The notes under the pieces: generated by a model
Database searches by the model: none
Told to the model about the DNA's origin: nothing
The model's input: only the letters and a program-made list of their open reading frames with translations
Shown: one piece after another, positions 18,927 to 29,160 of the stretch
Position numbering within the stretch: the stretch's first letter is position 1
Layout: each line of letters begins with the position of its first letter
Translations under genes and position numbers: made by a program
Source: a virus
Length of the DNA: 64,000 nt
Reading direction: 5' to 3' (one strand)
IMG/VR virus record: IMGVR_UViG_3300046787_000390
Location: 32,001-96,000 of that record

Positions 18927-18988
18927 GATTTATTTACACAAAACCTTTGGCAAAGGGCACTGCAATGGGTTCTTTTTTGGTTAACCGA

Positions 18989-18994
18989 TAAATA
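18989..18994 (+). promoter_or_regulatory. late promoter for the tail sheath gene
   Basis: gATAAATA; a divergent TAAATA lies on the minus strand at 18931-18936. Confidence 0.7.
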
Positions 18995-19020
18995 TCATTA
19001 GCTAGAAAAAAGGATTTATT

Positions 19021-22000
19021 ATGGCACTAATTTCACCAGGCGTAGAAGTATCAGTAATTGACGAGAGTCAGTACATTCCTGCTGCTACCAACTCGGTACC
19101 CTATGTATTGATTGCAACAGCACAAAATAAAGTTTCAGGAACTGGAACTGGCGTTGCTGCTGGCACATTGCAAGCAAACGCAAACATCCCTTACTTGATT
19201 ACAAGTCAGCGAGATTTGTCCGCAACATTTGGCGTACCATTCTTTTACAAAACCACAGCCGGCACACCGATTAACGGTTACGAACTCAACGAATATGGTT
19301 TGCTTGCTGCATACTCTGCCCTAGGCGTTACAAACCGTTGTTATGTTCAACGTGCAGATGTTGACTTAACTGAACTTACCGCTACATTGGTTCGCCCAAC
19401 TGGCGACCCAACCAATAACGATTATTGGTTTGACACCGCCGAAACTAACTGGGGTTTGTTCCAATGGAACCAAACAACATCGGCGTTTGCAAATTACATT
19501 CCGACTGTTATCACTAATACTGACGAAGTTGTTGATTATGCAGGTGGCGACTATACTCCGTTGCAGACCATTGGGTCAATTGGTGGGTATGCTGTTAGCG
19601 CAGTATACATTCACAACCCAATTTATTACAAGCGTGGCGGCCCAAGCACAAGCACATACAGTGCAACAGTTACATATACAACAGTTGGTAGCCCGTTGCT
19701 TAGTTTGTATAACACTTGGGTATTGCTAGGCGGCGACGACTGGAAAACTGCTTGGCCAGCGATCCAAGGCACAAATGCAAGTCCAACATTAACAGTTGGT
19801 AATAGTATTGTAATTAACGGAACTACAGTTAGTATTACTACTACTGCGGTTAAAGACCTATGCGACGAGATTAACGACGCAGCTATTACTGGTATCTATG
19901 CTGGTGTTGACCAAGGTAAGTTAGTGATTTATGCAGATTCTACTGCAACTGCTGACGGTTCTACAGGCAACGAAGGCGCAGTTATCATTGAAAACGGTAC
20001 TGGTACTCCATTGACTGCATTGGGTATTACTGCTAACCCATCTGGTTCGAACATTTCTCCGTACTATGCTCCGGCATTCTACGTTGGCGCAAGCTACAGC
20101 ATTCCACGCTGGAGATCAACTGATACAGCTCCTGAGCCAACTGGTTCTGTGTGGCAAAAATCAAACAACGTTAACCTTGGTGCTAACTTAGTATTGAAGA
20201 AATATAATTCTACTCTTGGTGTGTGGGTACAACAAAGTGTTCCAATTTATCTCAACGGATTAGAATACATTTATGCTGCCGATCCGTCGGGCGGCGGGGT
20301 GAATATTCCAGCTGGCGCAACCTGGGGTAGATATAACCCTAGTTTCGATAATCCAGACACAGCTGGTATTGAAATTCTAGAAAAAGTAACAGCTGGCCCT
20401 ACTATTGTAACTGGCGATGACACATCTCCAGGTCCGTTTATAACTAGTAATGCATTTTTAATGCAAGCATCTCAGCCAGGCACTGCTACTGCAACATCTG
20501 CTACTGTTACCTTGCAAGGAACTACAGCGTCAGCATTTATTGCAGCGGTTAGCGCAGCAAACATTCCATATGTATCTGCATCTATTGATAGCGACGGCGC
20601 AATTGTGTTTACACACTCATTGGGCGGTACTATTACATTAACTAACACTGTTGGCACTCCAGTTACTACTGCTGGGTTTAATACAAGCGTTCAAGGAGTA
20701 ACACCTGGTCCAAATAATTCGTTGATCATAACACCGTTTTTATCAGCACCATGGTTTACATACACAGCAAGTGATACTACACCAAACCAGGATCCTGCAG
20801 ATGGACGTTTGTGGTTCTATAGTGCTACTACACAAGCGGACATTATGATCCAGGACAACGGAACATGGCAAGGTTATCAGAACGTGGATAACGATGTCCG
20901 TGGTTATAACTTAACTGAAACTAATGCAAGTGGCCCTATCTTTGCAACTACTGCACCAGCAACTCAAAATGATTCTGCTGAAACTCCGTTGGCATATGGT
21001 GATTTATGGATTGACACTAGCGACCTAGAAAACTATCCAGTGATTTATCGTTGGGAATTAGTCGATGCTGTTGCTCAATGGGTTCAAATTGTAAATACTG
21101 ACCAGACTACAGAAAATGGTATTTTGTTTGCAGACGCTCGCTGGGCGCCAAATGGCACTACTGATCCAATTGCAGACCCGATCCCAACTATTGCAAGTTT
21201 GCTAACAAGCGATTATCTTGACTTAGATGCTCCAGATCCTTCACTATATCCACAAGGTATGTTGTTGTTTAACACACGACGTTCTGGGTATAATGTAAAG
21301 AGTTTCCAAGTTGATTATTTCAATGGCCAAAGTTTCCCTGATGATATATTACCTTCGGTAACAAACGCTTGGGTTACACAAAGCGGAAACAAAGCTGATG
21401 GAAGCCCATACATGGGTCGCCAAGCACAACGAGCAATTATTGTTGCTGCATTAAAATCAGGTATTGATGCTTCTACTGATATCAGAGAAGAACAACGTCA
21501 ATTTAACTTGATTGCATGCCCTCAGTACCCTGAGTTGATTCCTAACATGGTTGAGTTGAATAACGATCGCAATAACACTGCATTCGTAATTGGTGACACA
21601 CCTTTGAGACTTGGCCCAGATGCTACTACAATTACATCGTGGGCAACTGACAATTCTGGAAACGGATTCCCAACAGGTGATGGTTTAACAACCAGCGATG
21701 TCTATCTTGGTGTATTCTATCCAAGTTGCCAAACTACTGACCTAAGTGGTAGCTCAGTTGTACAGCCTCCAAGTCACATGATGTTGCGCACAGTTCTTCG
21801 CTCAGACGAAGTTGCATACCCATGGTTAGCTCCAGCTGGTACACGTCGCGGTGTAATTGACAACGCACTACGTATCGGATATGTAAATTCTACCACTGGC
21901 GAATTTGCTCCTCTTGGTGTAAATCAAGGGCTACGTGACGTTCTATATGAACTTGATATTAACCCGATTACGTTTGTTCCTGGTGTTGGTATTACTAACT

Positions 22001-22380
22001 TTGGTAATAAGACATTTACTTCAGCAACATCTGCAATGGATCGAATTAACGTATCGCGTTTAATTGCGTATATCCGTAACAGATTGCAAGGTATTGGTAA
22101 AACATTCTTGTTTGAACCAAACGATCAAATTACAAGAAATGAATTTAGCAGTGCTATTAATTCATTGATGATCGACTTGGTTAACAAACGTGGTATCTAC
22201 GACTACCTTGTTGTTTGTGACTTAACTAACAACACACCAGCACGTATCGATCGCAATGAATTGTGGGTTGATATTGCAATTGAGCCAGTTAAAGCAGTTG
22301 AATTCATCTACATTCCACTACGCTTGAAGAACACTGGCGAAATTGCAAGTGGTGTAAGCACAGTATCTTCAGCAGGTTAA
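19021..22380 (+). CDS. gp18: contractile tail sheath protein with large central insertion
   Basis: MALISPGVEV..IDES N-terminus; PWLAPAG.RRG, INPI, GNKT, DRINVSRL, LFEPND..TR, I.P.KAVEFI C-terminal motifs. Confidence 0.95.
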   Translation: MALISPGVEVSVIDESQYIPAATNSVPYVLIATAQNKVSGTGTGVAAGTLQANANIPYLITSQRDLSATFGVPFFYKTTAGTPINGYELNEYGLLAAYSALGVTNRCYVQRADVDLTELTATLVRPTGDPTNNDYWFDTAETNWGLFQWNQTTSAFANYIPTVITNTDEVVDYAGGDYTPLQTIGSIGGYAVSAVYIHNPIYYKRGGPSTSTYSATVTYTTVGSPLLSLYNTWVLLGGDDWKTAWPAIQGTNASPTLTVGNSIVINGTTVSITTTAVKDLCDEINDAAITGIYAGVDQGKLVIYADSTATADGSTGNEGAVIIENGTGTPLTALGITANPSGSNISPYYAPAFYVGASYSIPRWRSTDTAPEPTGSVWQKSNNVNLGANLVLKKYNSTLGVWVQQSVPIYLNGLEYIYAADPSGGGVNIPAGATWGRYNPSFDNPDTAGIEILEKVTAGPTIVTGDDTSPGPFITSNAFLMQASQPGTATATSATVTLQGTTASAFIAAVSAANIPYVSASIDSDGAIVFTHSLGGTITLTNTVGTPVTTAGFNTSVQGVTPGPNNSLIITPFLSAPWFTYTASDTTPNQDPADGRLWFYSATTQADIMIQDNGTWQGYQNVDNDVRGYNLTETNASGPIFATTAPATQNDSAETPLAYGDLWIDTSDLENYPVIYRWELVDAVAQWVQIVNTDQTTENGILFADARWAPNGTTDPIADPIPTIASLLTSDYLDLDAPDPSLYPQGMLLFNTRRSGYNVKSFQVDYFNGQSFPDDILPSVTNAWVTQSGNKADGSPYMGRQAQRAIIVAALKSGIDASTDIREEQRQFNLIACPQYPELIPNMVELNNDRNNTAFVIGDTPLRLGPDATTITSWATDNSGNGFPTGDGLTTSDVYLGVFYPSCQTTDLSGSSVVQPPSHMMLRTVLRSDEVAYPWLAPAGTRRGVIDNALRIGYVNSTTGEFAPLGVNQGLRDVLYELDINPITFVPGVGITNFGNKTFTSATSAMDRINVSRLIAYIRNRLQGIGKTFLFEPNDQITRNEFSSAINSLMIDLVNKRGIYDYLVVCDLTNNTPARIDRNELWVDIAIEPVKAVEFIYIPLRLKNTGEIASGVSTVSSAG

Positions 22381-22400
22381 TGCTTCAAGTTACTTCAAAT

Positions 22401-22429
22401 AAAATAGGGTCCAATGGGCCCTATTTTTT
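22401..22429 (+). terminator. Rho-independent terminator
   Basis: AAAATAGGGTCC-AAT-GGGCCCTATTTTTT. Confidence 0.8.
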
Positions 22430-22443
22430 CTTGACTAAAATAG

Positions 22444-22451
22444 TATAAATA
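22444..22451 (+). promoter_or_regulatory. late promoter TATAAATA
   Basis: Exact T4 late consensus before the tail tube gene. Confidence 0.8.
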
Positions 22452-22472
22452 AAGACATACAGGAGATATAAT

Positions 22473-23129
22473 ATGGCAGTAGCATCATTAACAAAACTGA
22501 CAGTGCCCTTAGCGAGTGATCAGAGTCAATCAACTCAGGGCTTGTTGATGCCTAAACTCAAATACAGATTTAGAGTTACATTTGATGGATTCGGCACTTC
22601 GAACAGTGCTTCACCAACAACAGAAATGACCAAGCAAGTAATGGATTTTGCTCGTCCTACTGTTTCGTTTGAAGAAATCTCAATTCCAATCTATAACTCA
22701 ACAATTAAATTAGCTGGTAAACACAGCTGGAACGATGTTACATGTACATTGCGCGATGATGCAACTGGACAGGTTACACGTTTAGTTGGCGAACAACTAC
22801 AGAAGCAATTGGACTTTGCTGAACAAGCAAGTGCAGCAGCTGGCATTGATTATAAATTTACTACAACGTTGCAAATCTTAGATGGTGGTAATGGCACTAG
22901 CCAACCAGTTGTTCTTGAACAGTGGGAACTGTATGGTTGCTACTTGAAAGAAGTTAACTATGGCGATGTAAATTACGGTTCTAGTGAGCCAGTAACAGTT
23001 GCAATGACACTATCATATGATAACGCTATGCAAATTAACTCTGTAAGCGGTCAACCTGATGGTGTTGGTTCGAGCATCGGCACACGATCACTTGGATCAG
23101 TAGCTACAGGACCTAGTAACGTAGTCTAA
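22473..23129 (+). CDS. gp19: tail tube protein
   Basis: Follows the sheath gene; PKLKYRFRV.F, AGK..W..V...LRDD, W.LYGC......YG...Y motifs. Confidence 0.85.
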   Translation: MAVASLTKLTVPLASDQSQSTQGLLMPKLKYRFRVTFDGFGTSNSASPTTEMTKQVMDFARPTVSFEEISIPIYNSTIKLAGKHSWNDVTCTLRDDATGQVTRLVGEQLQKQLDFAEQASAAAGIDYKFTTTLQILDGGNGTSQPVVLEQWELYGCYLKEVNYGDVNYGSSEPVTVAMTLSYDNAMQINSVSGQPDGVGSSIGTRSLGSVATGPSNVV

Positions 23130-23142
23130 TAGGATCTATTAG

Positions 23143-24384
23143 ATGGCGTTTGGTCAAAGCTATATCTTAAAAGGTTTTACCGGCGATGAAGGCGTAAAAG
23201 ATTACGCACACGCCTCTAAAACCTTTTTAACCAACGGATACGAATTTGCGCCACGCCACAAATATCAATTCCACGTTTACTTTACAATAAACACAACATT
23301 TGTCCCGGCACTAAGAACAGCGTTTGGAAATAATCAAGAAATTGCAACCATTGGCCTTATGGTCAAGAATGTCCAACTGCCTAATTACAATATTTCTGTT
23401 GAACAAATGAATCAATACAATCGTAAGCGATTGGTCCAAACTAAAATTGATTATCAGCCAGTGCAATTTGAATTCCACGATGATGGCGGCGACTTAGTTC
23501 GAGATTTTTGGTATAGTTATTATTCATATTACTATAAAGACCCCAGTCAAAAATACGATAACCTATCACCGACTAACGGTAGCTTAGGACCTCTAACTGG
23601 CACACCTAACGGTTTTAGTTACAGTGCTAGAGACATTTACGATAACACCAGATCTGTGAACGACTGGGGATATATCGGCGAAAGTTATTCAGACGGCGCT
23701 GATACATACGGTGTTGGTCAGAATGGTAAACAGCCATTTTTTAAAGACATTAGAATTTATGGATTTAACCAACACAAGTGGGCAAGCTATGTATTGATCA
23801 ATCCTTTGATTACTGAATGGCAGCACGACACTTATGATTACGCTCAAAGCGGCGGAACAATGAGTAACAGGATGACTATTCGTTACGAAACTGTAAAGTA
23901 TGGTACCGGCGCTATTGGCGATGTTAGACCAGATACTAATGTTGTTGGATTTGCTGATCCAGCATACTATGATACTGAAATTAGCGGTATTACTAGACCA
24001 GGCTCTAACGCAACTGTGCTCGGACAAGGTGGCTTAATTGATACAGGCATTGGTATCGCTGAAGATTTAGCAAGCGGTGGTGTAGCCGGCTATCTTGGAG
24101 CGATACAAAAAGCATCGTCTGCATACAATACATACAAAGACAAAGATTTGGCGAGTATTGCCAACAGAGAAGTTAGAGATAGCGCAAAAACTATTGCCAA
24201 GGGTGCGTTACCGGCAGTGCAAAGAGCAGTGCTTGGTACAGCTGGCGTTCCTGGTGTGCCGGGTTCGGGTCAGCGTGGTGTGTTAGACGGCATCTTCTTC
24301 CCAACACCTCCTAAAGGTAACAGCCCGACACAAATCGCAAGCACTGCGTTTGATCAACTTAGAAACCAAGCTCGAGGGCGATAA
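23143..24384 (+). CDS. tube-fold baseplate/tail-tube initiator-like protein (gp54/gp48 class)
   Basis: VK.VQLP.......NQYNRKR......YQPV..EFHDD; L.NP.IT.W.HD..DY; position after the tube gene. Confidence 0.55.
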   Translation: MAFGQSYILKGFTGDEGVKDYAHASKTFLTNGYEFAPRHKYQFHVYFTINTTFVPALRTAFGNNQEIATIGLMVKNVQLPNYNISVEQMNQYNRKRLVQTKIDYQPVQFEFHDDGGDLVRDFWYSYYSYYYKDPSQKYDNLSPTNGSLGPLTGTPNGFSYSARDIYDNTRSVNDWGYIGESYSDGADTYGVGQNGKQPFFKDIRIYGFNQHKWASYVLINPLITEWQHDTYDYAQSGGTMSNRMTIRYETVKYGTGAIGDVRPDTNVVGFADPAYYDTEISGITRPGSNATVLGQGGLIDTGIGIAEDLASGGVAGYLGAIQKASSAYNTYKDKDLASIANREVRDSAKTIAKGALPAVQRAVLGTAGVPGVPGSGQRGVLDGIFFPTPPKGNSPTQIASTAFDQLRNQARGR

Positions 24385-24387
24385 GCA

Positions 24388-24747
24388 ATGGGAACCATTA
24401 ACGCAATCAATCCTAAGATTGATCAAACAGTTCGTATATACGACGAGTTTTACAACTACGCCGAAAATGTACCAGCTGCGGAATACGACATTGTAAACAG
24501 CTATTTTCAAAGCGTGTTTAATACCGCTGAACAAGCACAAAACTTTACCGTGGCAATCTTTAGAGCAGCACAAGAAAGTGGTGTAGATGCACTAACAATT
24601 TTAAGTGAAATTGAAGGCACTACTGGGCCGCAATTGACTGCAAATTTGTGCTACTATTTAAATAGTGCCAGAAGTAATGCAACATTGCTTGGAGTTCTTG
24701 CACCAGCAACACCCAATTATTGGACTGCTAGAAACGTGAGGCAGTAA
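24388..24747 (+). CDS. hypothetical (probably structural) protein
   Basis: 119-aa ORF in a late operon. Confidence 0.55.
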   Translation: MGTINAINPKIDQTVRIYDEFYNYAENVPAAEYDIVNSYFQSVFNTAEQAQNFTVAIFRAAQESGVDALTILSEIEGTTGPQLTANLCYYLNSARSNATLLGVLAPATPNYWTARNVRQ

Positions 24748-25178
24748 TGGCCAAATGGGCACAAGGCGCTTATAAGATTACTAACCCTGCAAAGTATGTG
24801 GGCAAAGGCGATCCTAGATATCGTTCTGGTTGGGAATTTGCGTTTATGCGCTTTTGTGATACTAACGAACATGTGTTACAATGGGCAAGTGAAAGTATCA
24901 ACGTTCCTTACAGACACCCGCTAACTGGTAAACAAACAATCTATGTTCCGGATTTTCTAGTTGTTTACAGAACCAAAAACAACATGGTAAAAGCCGAAGT
25001 AATCGAAATTAAACCTTCGGGGCAAAGCGTAATTACTGAAAAACAGAAGCCACAAGAACGTGCAGTAGTAGCAGTTAATCATGCAAAATGGGCAGCAGCA
25101 ACAGCTTGGTGCCAGCGCCAAGGCCTGACTTTTCGAGTAATTACAGAGAAGGAAATGTTTCACAACGGTCGTCCATAA
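24747..25178 (+). CDS. gp4: head completion nuclease (T4 gp4-like)
   Basis: NP.KY.G, YRS.WE, W.SE..VPY, Y.PDF, IEIKP, N.AKW.AA, F.VITE. Confidence 0.9.
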   Translation: MAKWAQGAYKITNPAKYVGKGDPRYRSGWEFAFMRFCDTNEHVLQWASESINVPYRHPLTGKQTIYVPDFLVVYRTKNNMVKAEVIEIKPSGQSVITEKQKPQERAVVAVNHAKWAAATAWCQRQGLTFRVITEKEMFHNGRP

Positions 25179-25193
25179 GCCCATAAATATGGC

Positions 25194-25688
25194 ATGACTA
25201 AGAAACTTGAAGAGTTGTTCGACTTACCGACTAGTGAATCTATTAGTGATCACTTGATCGACACTAGCCACCTAACAATCGAAGACACACAAACAATTAT
25301 CAGTAATGTAGATACTACTATTGATAAAATTGATGCTGCATTAGCAGAAGTGTCTGATGTTGACCGTTCTGATTCAGAACTAGACGAAATTGCAGACCTT
25401 GCGAAAAAGAGCTTTAATGATCTGTCTGATCTCGGCATGAATGTAGACTCAAGATTTGCAGCAGAAATCTTTGGTGTTGCTGGCACTATGCTAGGACATG
25501 CACTCAGTGCTAAAACAGCCAAGATGAACAAAAAGCTCAAGATGATCGATCTTCAAATGAAGAAATTAAAACTGGACCGAGACATGCAAAGTGAAGACGG
25601 CCCATCAGAAACTGCTCAAGGCCAAGTATTAAATCGAAATGATATACTGGAACGACTGTTAGCCAGTAGAGATCAAAAATCTAAATAA
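25194..25688 (+). CDS. putative terminase small subunit (gp16-like)
   Basis: Helical 164-aa protein with R..EIF.V...ML segment; late promoter at 25184-25189. Assignment is tentative. Confidence 0.4.
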   Translation: MTKKLEELFDLPTSESISDHLIDTSHLTIEDTQTIISNVDTTIDKIDAALAEVSDVDRSDSELDEIADLAKKSFNDLSDLGMNVDSRFAAEIFGVAGTMLGHALSAKTAKMNKKLKMIDLQMKKLKLDRDMQSEDGPSETAQGQVLNRNDILERLLASRDQKSK

Positions 25689-25714
25689 GCATAAATATCA
25701 TATAGGAAACTGAC

Positions 25715-26323
25715 ATGAAACACTTTAGAGACTATCTAATCGAAAGCGAAAGAACCTACTCTTATCGCATCAAATTCGCCGGCGACTTGCCCGGTGACTT
25801 CTTGAAAGCATTCAAAGCAAAGCTGGATCAATTTGATCCTGCTAAAATTGGAGACTTAAAGACCACTCCAATCCAAGCTAGAACACCGGACTTTCCTGCA
25901 TTTAACAATGAGCGTACAAGCACTCTTGATGTAGAATTCCGTTACCCTGCAATTGATGCACAGATTCGTCAAATTGCACAGTTGCTAGGCTTTGATCCTA
26001 ACCGTGTGTTAATGCAAACTCCTAACTACTCAGACAACAATCAAGAAGAACGTGTTGATATTGAAGAACAAAACAAGGAATTGTTAGACGATACTGATTA
26101 TCCTGCTCCGGACGCTAAACAAAAAGCCCTAAGCAAAGATTATGCAACCGGCCCTTACGATCATGCAGTTCTTAAAAACGCATATCGTTCAGATTTTACA
26201 ATTGCTGGTGAGAAAACAAAGCCTGCAGAAACTACAAATGACTTGCCACAGGGTAAAAACAGCCCGATGAGCAACGTCAAGCGTCCACCAAAGCCAGCAA
26301 CTGGCCGTAACCCACGAGGATAA
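25715..26323 (+). CDS. probable head-internal/structural protein
   Basis: N-terminal MKHFRDYLIE resembles the T4 capsid-targeting sequence; late promoters at 25682 and 25692. Confidence 0.55.
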   Translation: MKHFRDYLIESERTYSYRIKFAGDLPGDFLKAFKAKLDQFDPAKIGDLKTTPIQARTPDFPAFNNERTSTLDVEFRYPAIDAQIRQIAQLLGFDPNRVLMQTPNYSDNNQEERVDIEEQNKELLDDTDYPAPDAKQKALSKDYATGPYDHAVLKNAYRSDFTIAGEKTKPAETTNDLPQGKNSPMSNVKRPPKPATGRNPRG

Positions 26324-26328
26324 TTCAA

Positions 26329-28485
26329 ATGACATTTTTTTACAACTTAAACAAAACTCTCGACGCAATTCGTGAGAAGCCAGAAACCACACACGGTCAA
26401 TTGAATGAACGTGATATGGGCAAGCACAACAATGCAGTTACAGGTTTCAAAGCTGTAGCAGACAAAGCTGCTAAAGAATACGGCAGTAAGGCTGCTGGCG
26501 AGCGTGTGGCTGGTGCCCAATTTCAGAAAATGAAAAAGGCTGGTAAGCTAGAAGAAAATGCAGCAGCTGGATATAGCCCAGAGATGCAGGCAAGAATTAA
26601 AACAGCCACTCCTCAACAACTAGCACAAATGGCACAAGAATTAGCCGGTGGCCCTGCTCAGTATCAATCTGAATTCACTATGCTCCAGGCAGCACAGAAA
26701 GAATTGCAAGGTGTCCAGGAAGGCTTTGTTGATGCAGTTAAGTCTGGAGCTCAAGCAGCTCTTGGCGCAATTGGTAGCACAATGGGACATGGTTCAGACG
26801 AAGACATGATCCGTGACTTGCAAAAGAAAGCCGGCTTGCCACAAACTGGTAAGGTTCCTCCACAACAACCAGGTCAACAGCCTGCACAACCAGGCCAACA
26901 ACCCATAGCAGAAGGTGAAGCCGAAGATCGACTGTTAGCAGCTAAGATTCGTAAAATGCTTCCAGCTTATCACAAACGTATGGAACCCGAAGATGCTTAC
27001 CAAGAAGTAGCAGATGCTCTTGGCATTTCTGTAGAACGCCTGTATGATGTTCTTGAGCTCGATGAAGGTGTTGACAAACAAGCATTTGGTGCACTTGCAC
27101 CTCCAAAAAACAAAATCACTTTTGCTGACAAAATTGCAGGCGCAAAGAAAGAAGTTGACGAAATGCTAGGTGACGTTGCTGCTGAAGCAATGAAGAACGC
27201 ACTAAGTGGCGGTCAAAAGAAACTAGACAAGAACATGAACGGCAAACTAGATAGTCAAGACTTTGCTATGCTACGTAAAGGTGGCAAGAAGCAAGTTGCA
27301 GACGAAGGTTTCCCAACAGTAGCAGGTGCTCGTGCAGAATTAAACAAGCGTAAAGTTGGTGACGTTACACACGGTGCCAAGCATGACACACAAGAAGTTC
27401 CAGGTGGTCGTAGAGTTACTCGCCGTCTTGATCCCAATACAGGTTACTCAGTTGGGTCAGACACAGATGACGAAGGCAATGCTAAGTCAACTGAAAAGAA
27501 AGGCCGCGGACGTCCTAAGAAAACAGACAAAGCTCCTGAGCGTGTGACTGCTAAAGCATACAAGCACAAAGGTGGACGCAAGGAAAAAGTTGAAGAAGGC
27601 CCAGACGAAGGCAACGATTTAGTTAAGTTGAGTAAAGTTATTGCATCATGCAAAACTCACGAACAATTACTAGCTGCACAAAATATGGCCAACAACTTCC
27701 TGAAGAAGCACCTACAACGTGGCATCTCTAATATTGGTAAAAACGTTAGCCGCCAGTCTGATGTCAACGATACACTACAACAAAAGAACAAAGATCTCGG
27801 TGGAGTTGAAGAAGGTAGTCACTATGGTAACGAAAAATTAGCAAATGCTAAAGCAAGTCGTAGCGGTACAACCACAGTTCGTGACCAAGACGGCAAGGGT
27901 GGTGTAAAAACTACAACTACAAAAACTCCTGCTAAGAAGAAAGAAAAAACTGACGAAACTACAGTAGCAGGTTCAGTTGCTCCGGCAGCAGGCGGCAAAA
28001 GCAAAGCAGGCTCAATGGTAGGTAAAGGCATTTACGACAGCTTGAATCGTGACTTGGAATCTATGATTTCTGAATCAATGAATGTTTCGGTTAACGTATC
28101 ACAAGATGAGCACGGCGAGCCACGCAAGAGCATTACTATCAATGCCGAAGGCGAAGCAGCAGAACAACTAGCACAATTGTTGAACCTGGCAGGTATGCAA
28201 GGTCAAAGCGGTGAAGAATCGTGTGGCACATGTGGCGAAGCTGCATGCCACTGTGATGAAGAAATGGTAGATGAAAACTCACCAGACTGGCCTACTGACC
28301 AAGAAACTATCGGCAATGACGATCCGCTGATGCGTCGTTATGCAGGCGGCGTAAACGGTCCTAAGTCAACTGGCCAAACAACTGGCTCGCCATACAACCG
28401 CCAAGACTCACGTCAGGGCATGATGGGCGAGAACAAAGACCTTGGTATGAAGTTGTATGCTGAACTAAAATCATTTAAGGGCTAA
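26329..28485 (+). CDS. large low-complexity head-internal (core-like) protein
   Basis: Charged and low-complexity; many [ILV]-x-E motifs (LNE, LEE, VQE, IAE, LDE, VDE, VEE, ISE) resembling prohead protease sites. Confidence 0.55.
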   Translation: MTFFYNLNKTLDAIREKPETTHGQLNERDMGKHNNAVTGFKAVADKAAKEYGSKAAGERVAGAQFQKMKKAGKLEENAAAGYSPEMQARIKTATPQQLAQMAQELAGGPAQYQSEFTMLQAAQKELQGVQEGFVDAVKSGAQAALGAIGSTMGHGSDEDMIRDLQKKAGLPQTGKVPPQQPGQQPAQPGQQPIAEGEAEDRLLAAKIRKMLPAYHKRMEPEDAYQEVADALGISVERLYDVLELDEGVDKQAFGALAPPKNKITFADKIAGAKKEVDEMLGDVAAEAMKNALSGGQKKLDKNMNGKLDSQDFAMLRKGGKKQVADEGFPTVAGARAELNKRKVGDVTHGAKHDTQEVPGGRRVTRRLDPNTGYSVGSDTDDEGNAKSTEKKGRGRPKKTDKAPERVTAKAYKHKGGRKEKVEEGPDEGNDLVKLSKVIASCKTHEQLLAAQNMANNFLKKHLQRGISNIGKNVSRQSDVNDTLQQKNKDLGGVEEGSHYGNEKLANAKASRSGTTTVRDQDGKGGVKTTTTKTPAKKKEKTDETTVAGSVAPAAGGKSKAGSMVGKGIYDSLNRDLESMISESMNVSVNVSQDEHGEPRKSITINAEGEAAEQLAQLLNLAGMQGQSGEESCGTCGEAACHCDEEMVDENSPDWPTDQETIGNDDPLMRRYAGGVNGPKSTGQTTGSPYNRQDSRQGMMGENKDLGMKLYAELKSFKG

Positions 28486-28487
28486 TC

Positions 28488-28784
28488 ATGTCAAGTCAAT
28501 CAAATGTATACACCGCAGTGGCCAACGTAGTTTGGGCCACTGATAAAGTGGAAATCTCTACAGGTAACACAGCAGTTACATATCAAGTTTGGCTTGCTCC
28601 TGACTTCTCTAGCAGCATTTACTCTAATGCTGTTAGTGTACCTGCTTACAAGACAGAATACAAGTATGTTGGGGTAGGTAACTACCTTACTATCACTGGT
28701 TCTAACTTTACCGCAGCAGAATCTGGCACAGCTAGTTCTGGCACAGCTGGTGTACAAGGTGGCGGAAGCTACGTAGGCGAGTAA
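28488..28784 (+). CDS. small structural protein
   Basis: Ser/Thr/Gly-rich beta protein in a late operon. Confidence 0.5.
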   Translation: MSSQSNVYTAVANVVWATDKVEISTGNTAVTYQVWLAPDFSSSIYSNAVSVPAYKTEYKYVGVGNYLTITGSNFTAAESGTASSGTAGVQGGGSYVGE

Positions 28785-28785
28785 T

Positions 28786-29160
28786 ATGAGAGCACGTGAG
28801 TTTATTATTGAAGAAAAAATTGGAAAGATCAGCGATCAACAGCAATCTAGCACTCGCGGACTTAACAAATTTCGAGATCGTCAGTTTTCGGATCGTATAT
28901 ATGAACTCAATCGTGTTATGATGGCAGCAGCATGCAATGACGGCGAAGATTTTGCAGAACCAGTAGATGCTGAATCCTGGGCAGGCAGAAATAACATTGC
29001 AGCTCCTTACACTGAAGTTGAACAACGTATGCTGGAAAAAGCCTACAAGGCAATAGGGTCAAAGTCTTGGGATTTAAATCACGGCAACATGAACTCCGAA
29101 GAATTGCCAGATACATCAACAACTAGTCCTATCAAAGCATTTAAAGGATACCCAAGATGA
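28786..29160 (+). CDS. probable head-internal protein
   Basis: MRAREFIIE capsid-targeting-like N-terminus. Confidence 0.5.
   Translation: MRAREFIIEEKIGKISDQQQSSTRGLNKFRDRQFSDRIYELNRVMMAAACNDGEDFAEPVDAESWAGRNNIAAPYTEVEQRMLEKAYKAIGSKSWDLNHGNMNSEELPDTSTTSPIKAFKGYPR

Noticed and set aside
18944-18956. Short palindrome CCTTTGGCAAAGG between divergent late promoters
   Set aside because: Single 5-bp stem with no second copy found; insufficient support for a function.
24747-25178. TnsA-like endonuclease suggesting a Tn7-type transposon
   Set aside because: Motifs and late-operon context match T4 gp4 head completion protein. No other transposon genes or ends were seen.
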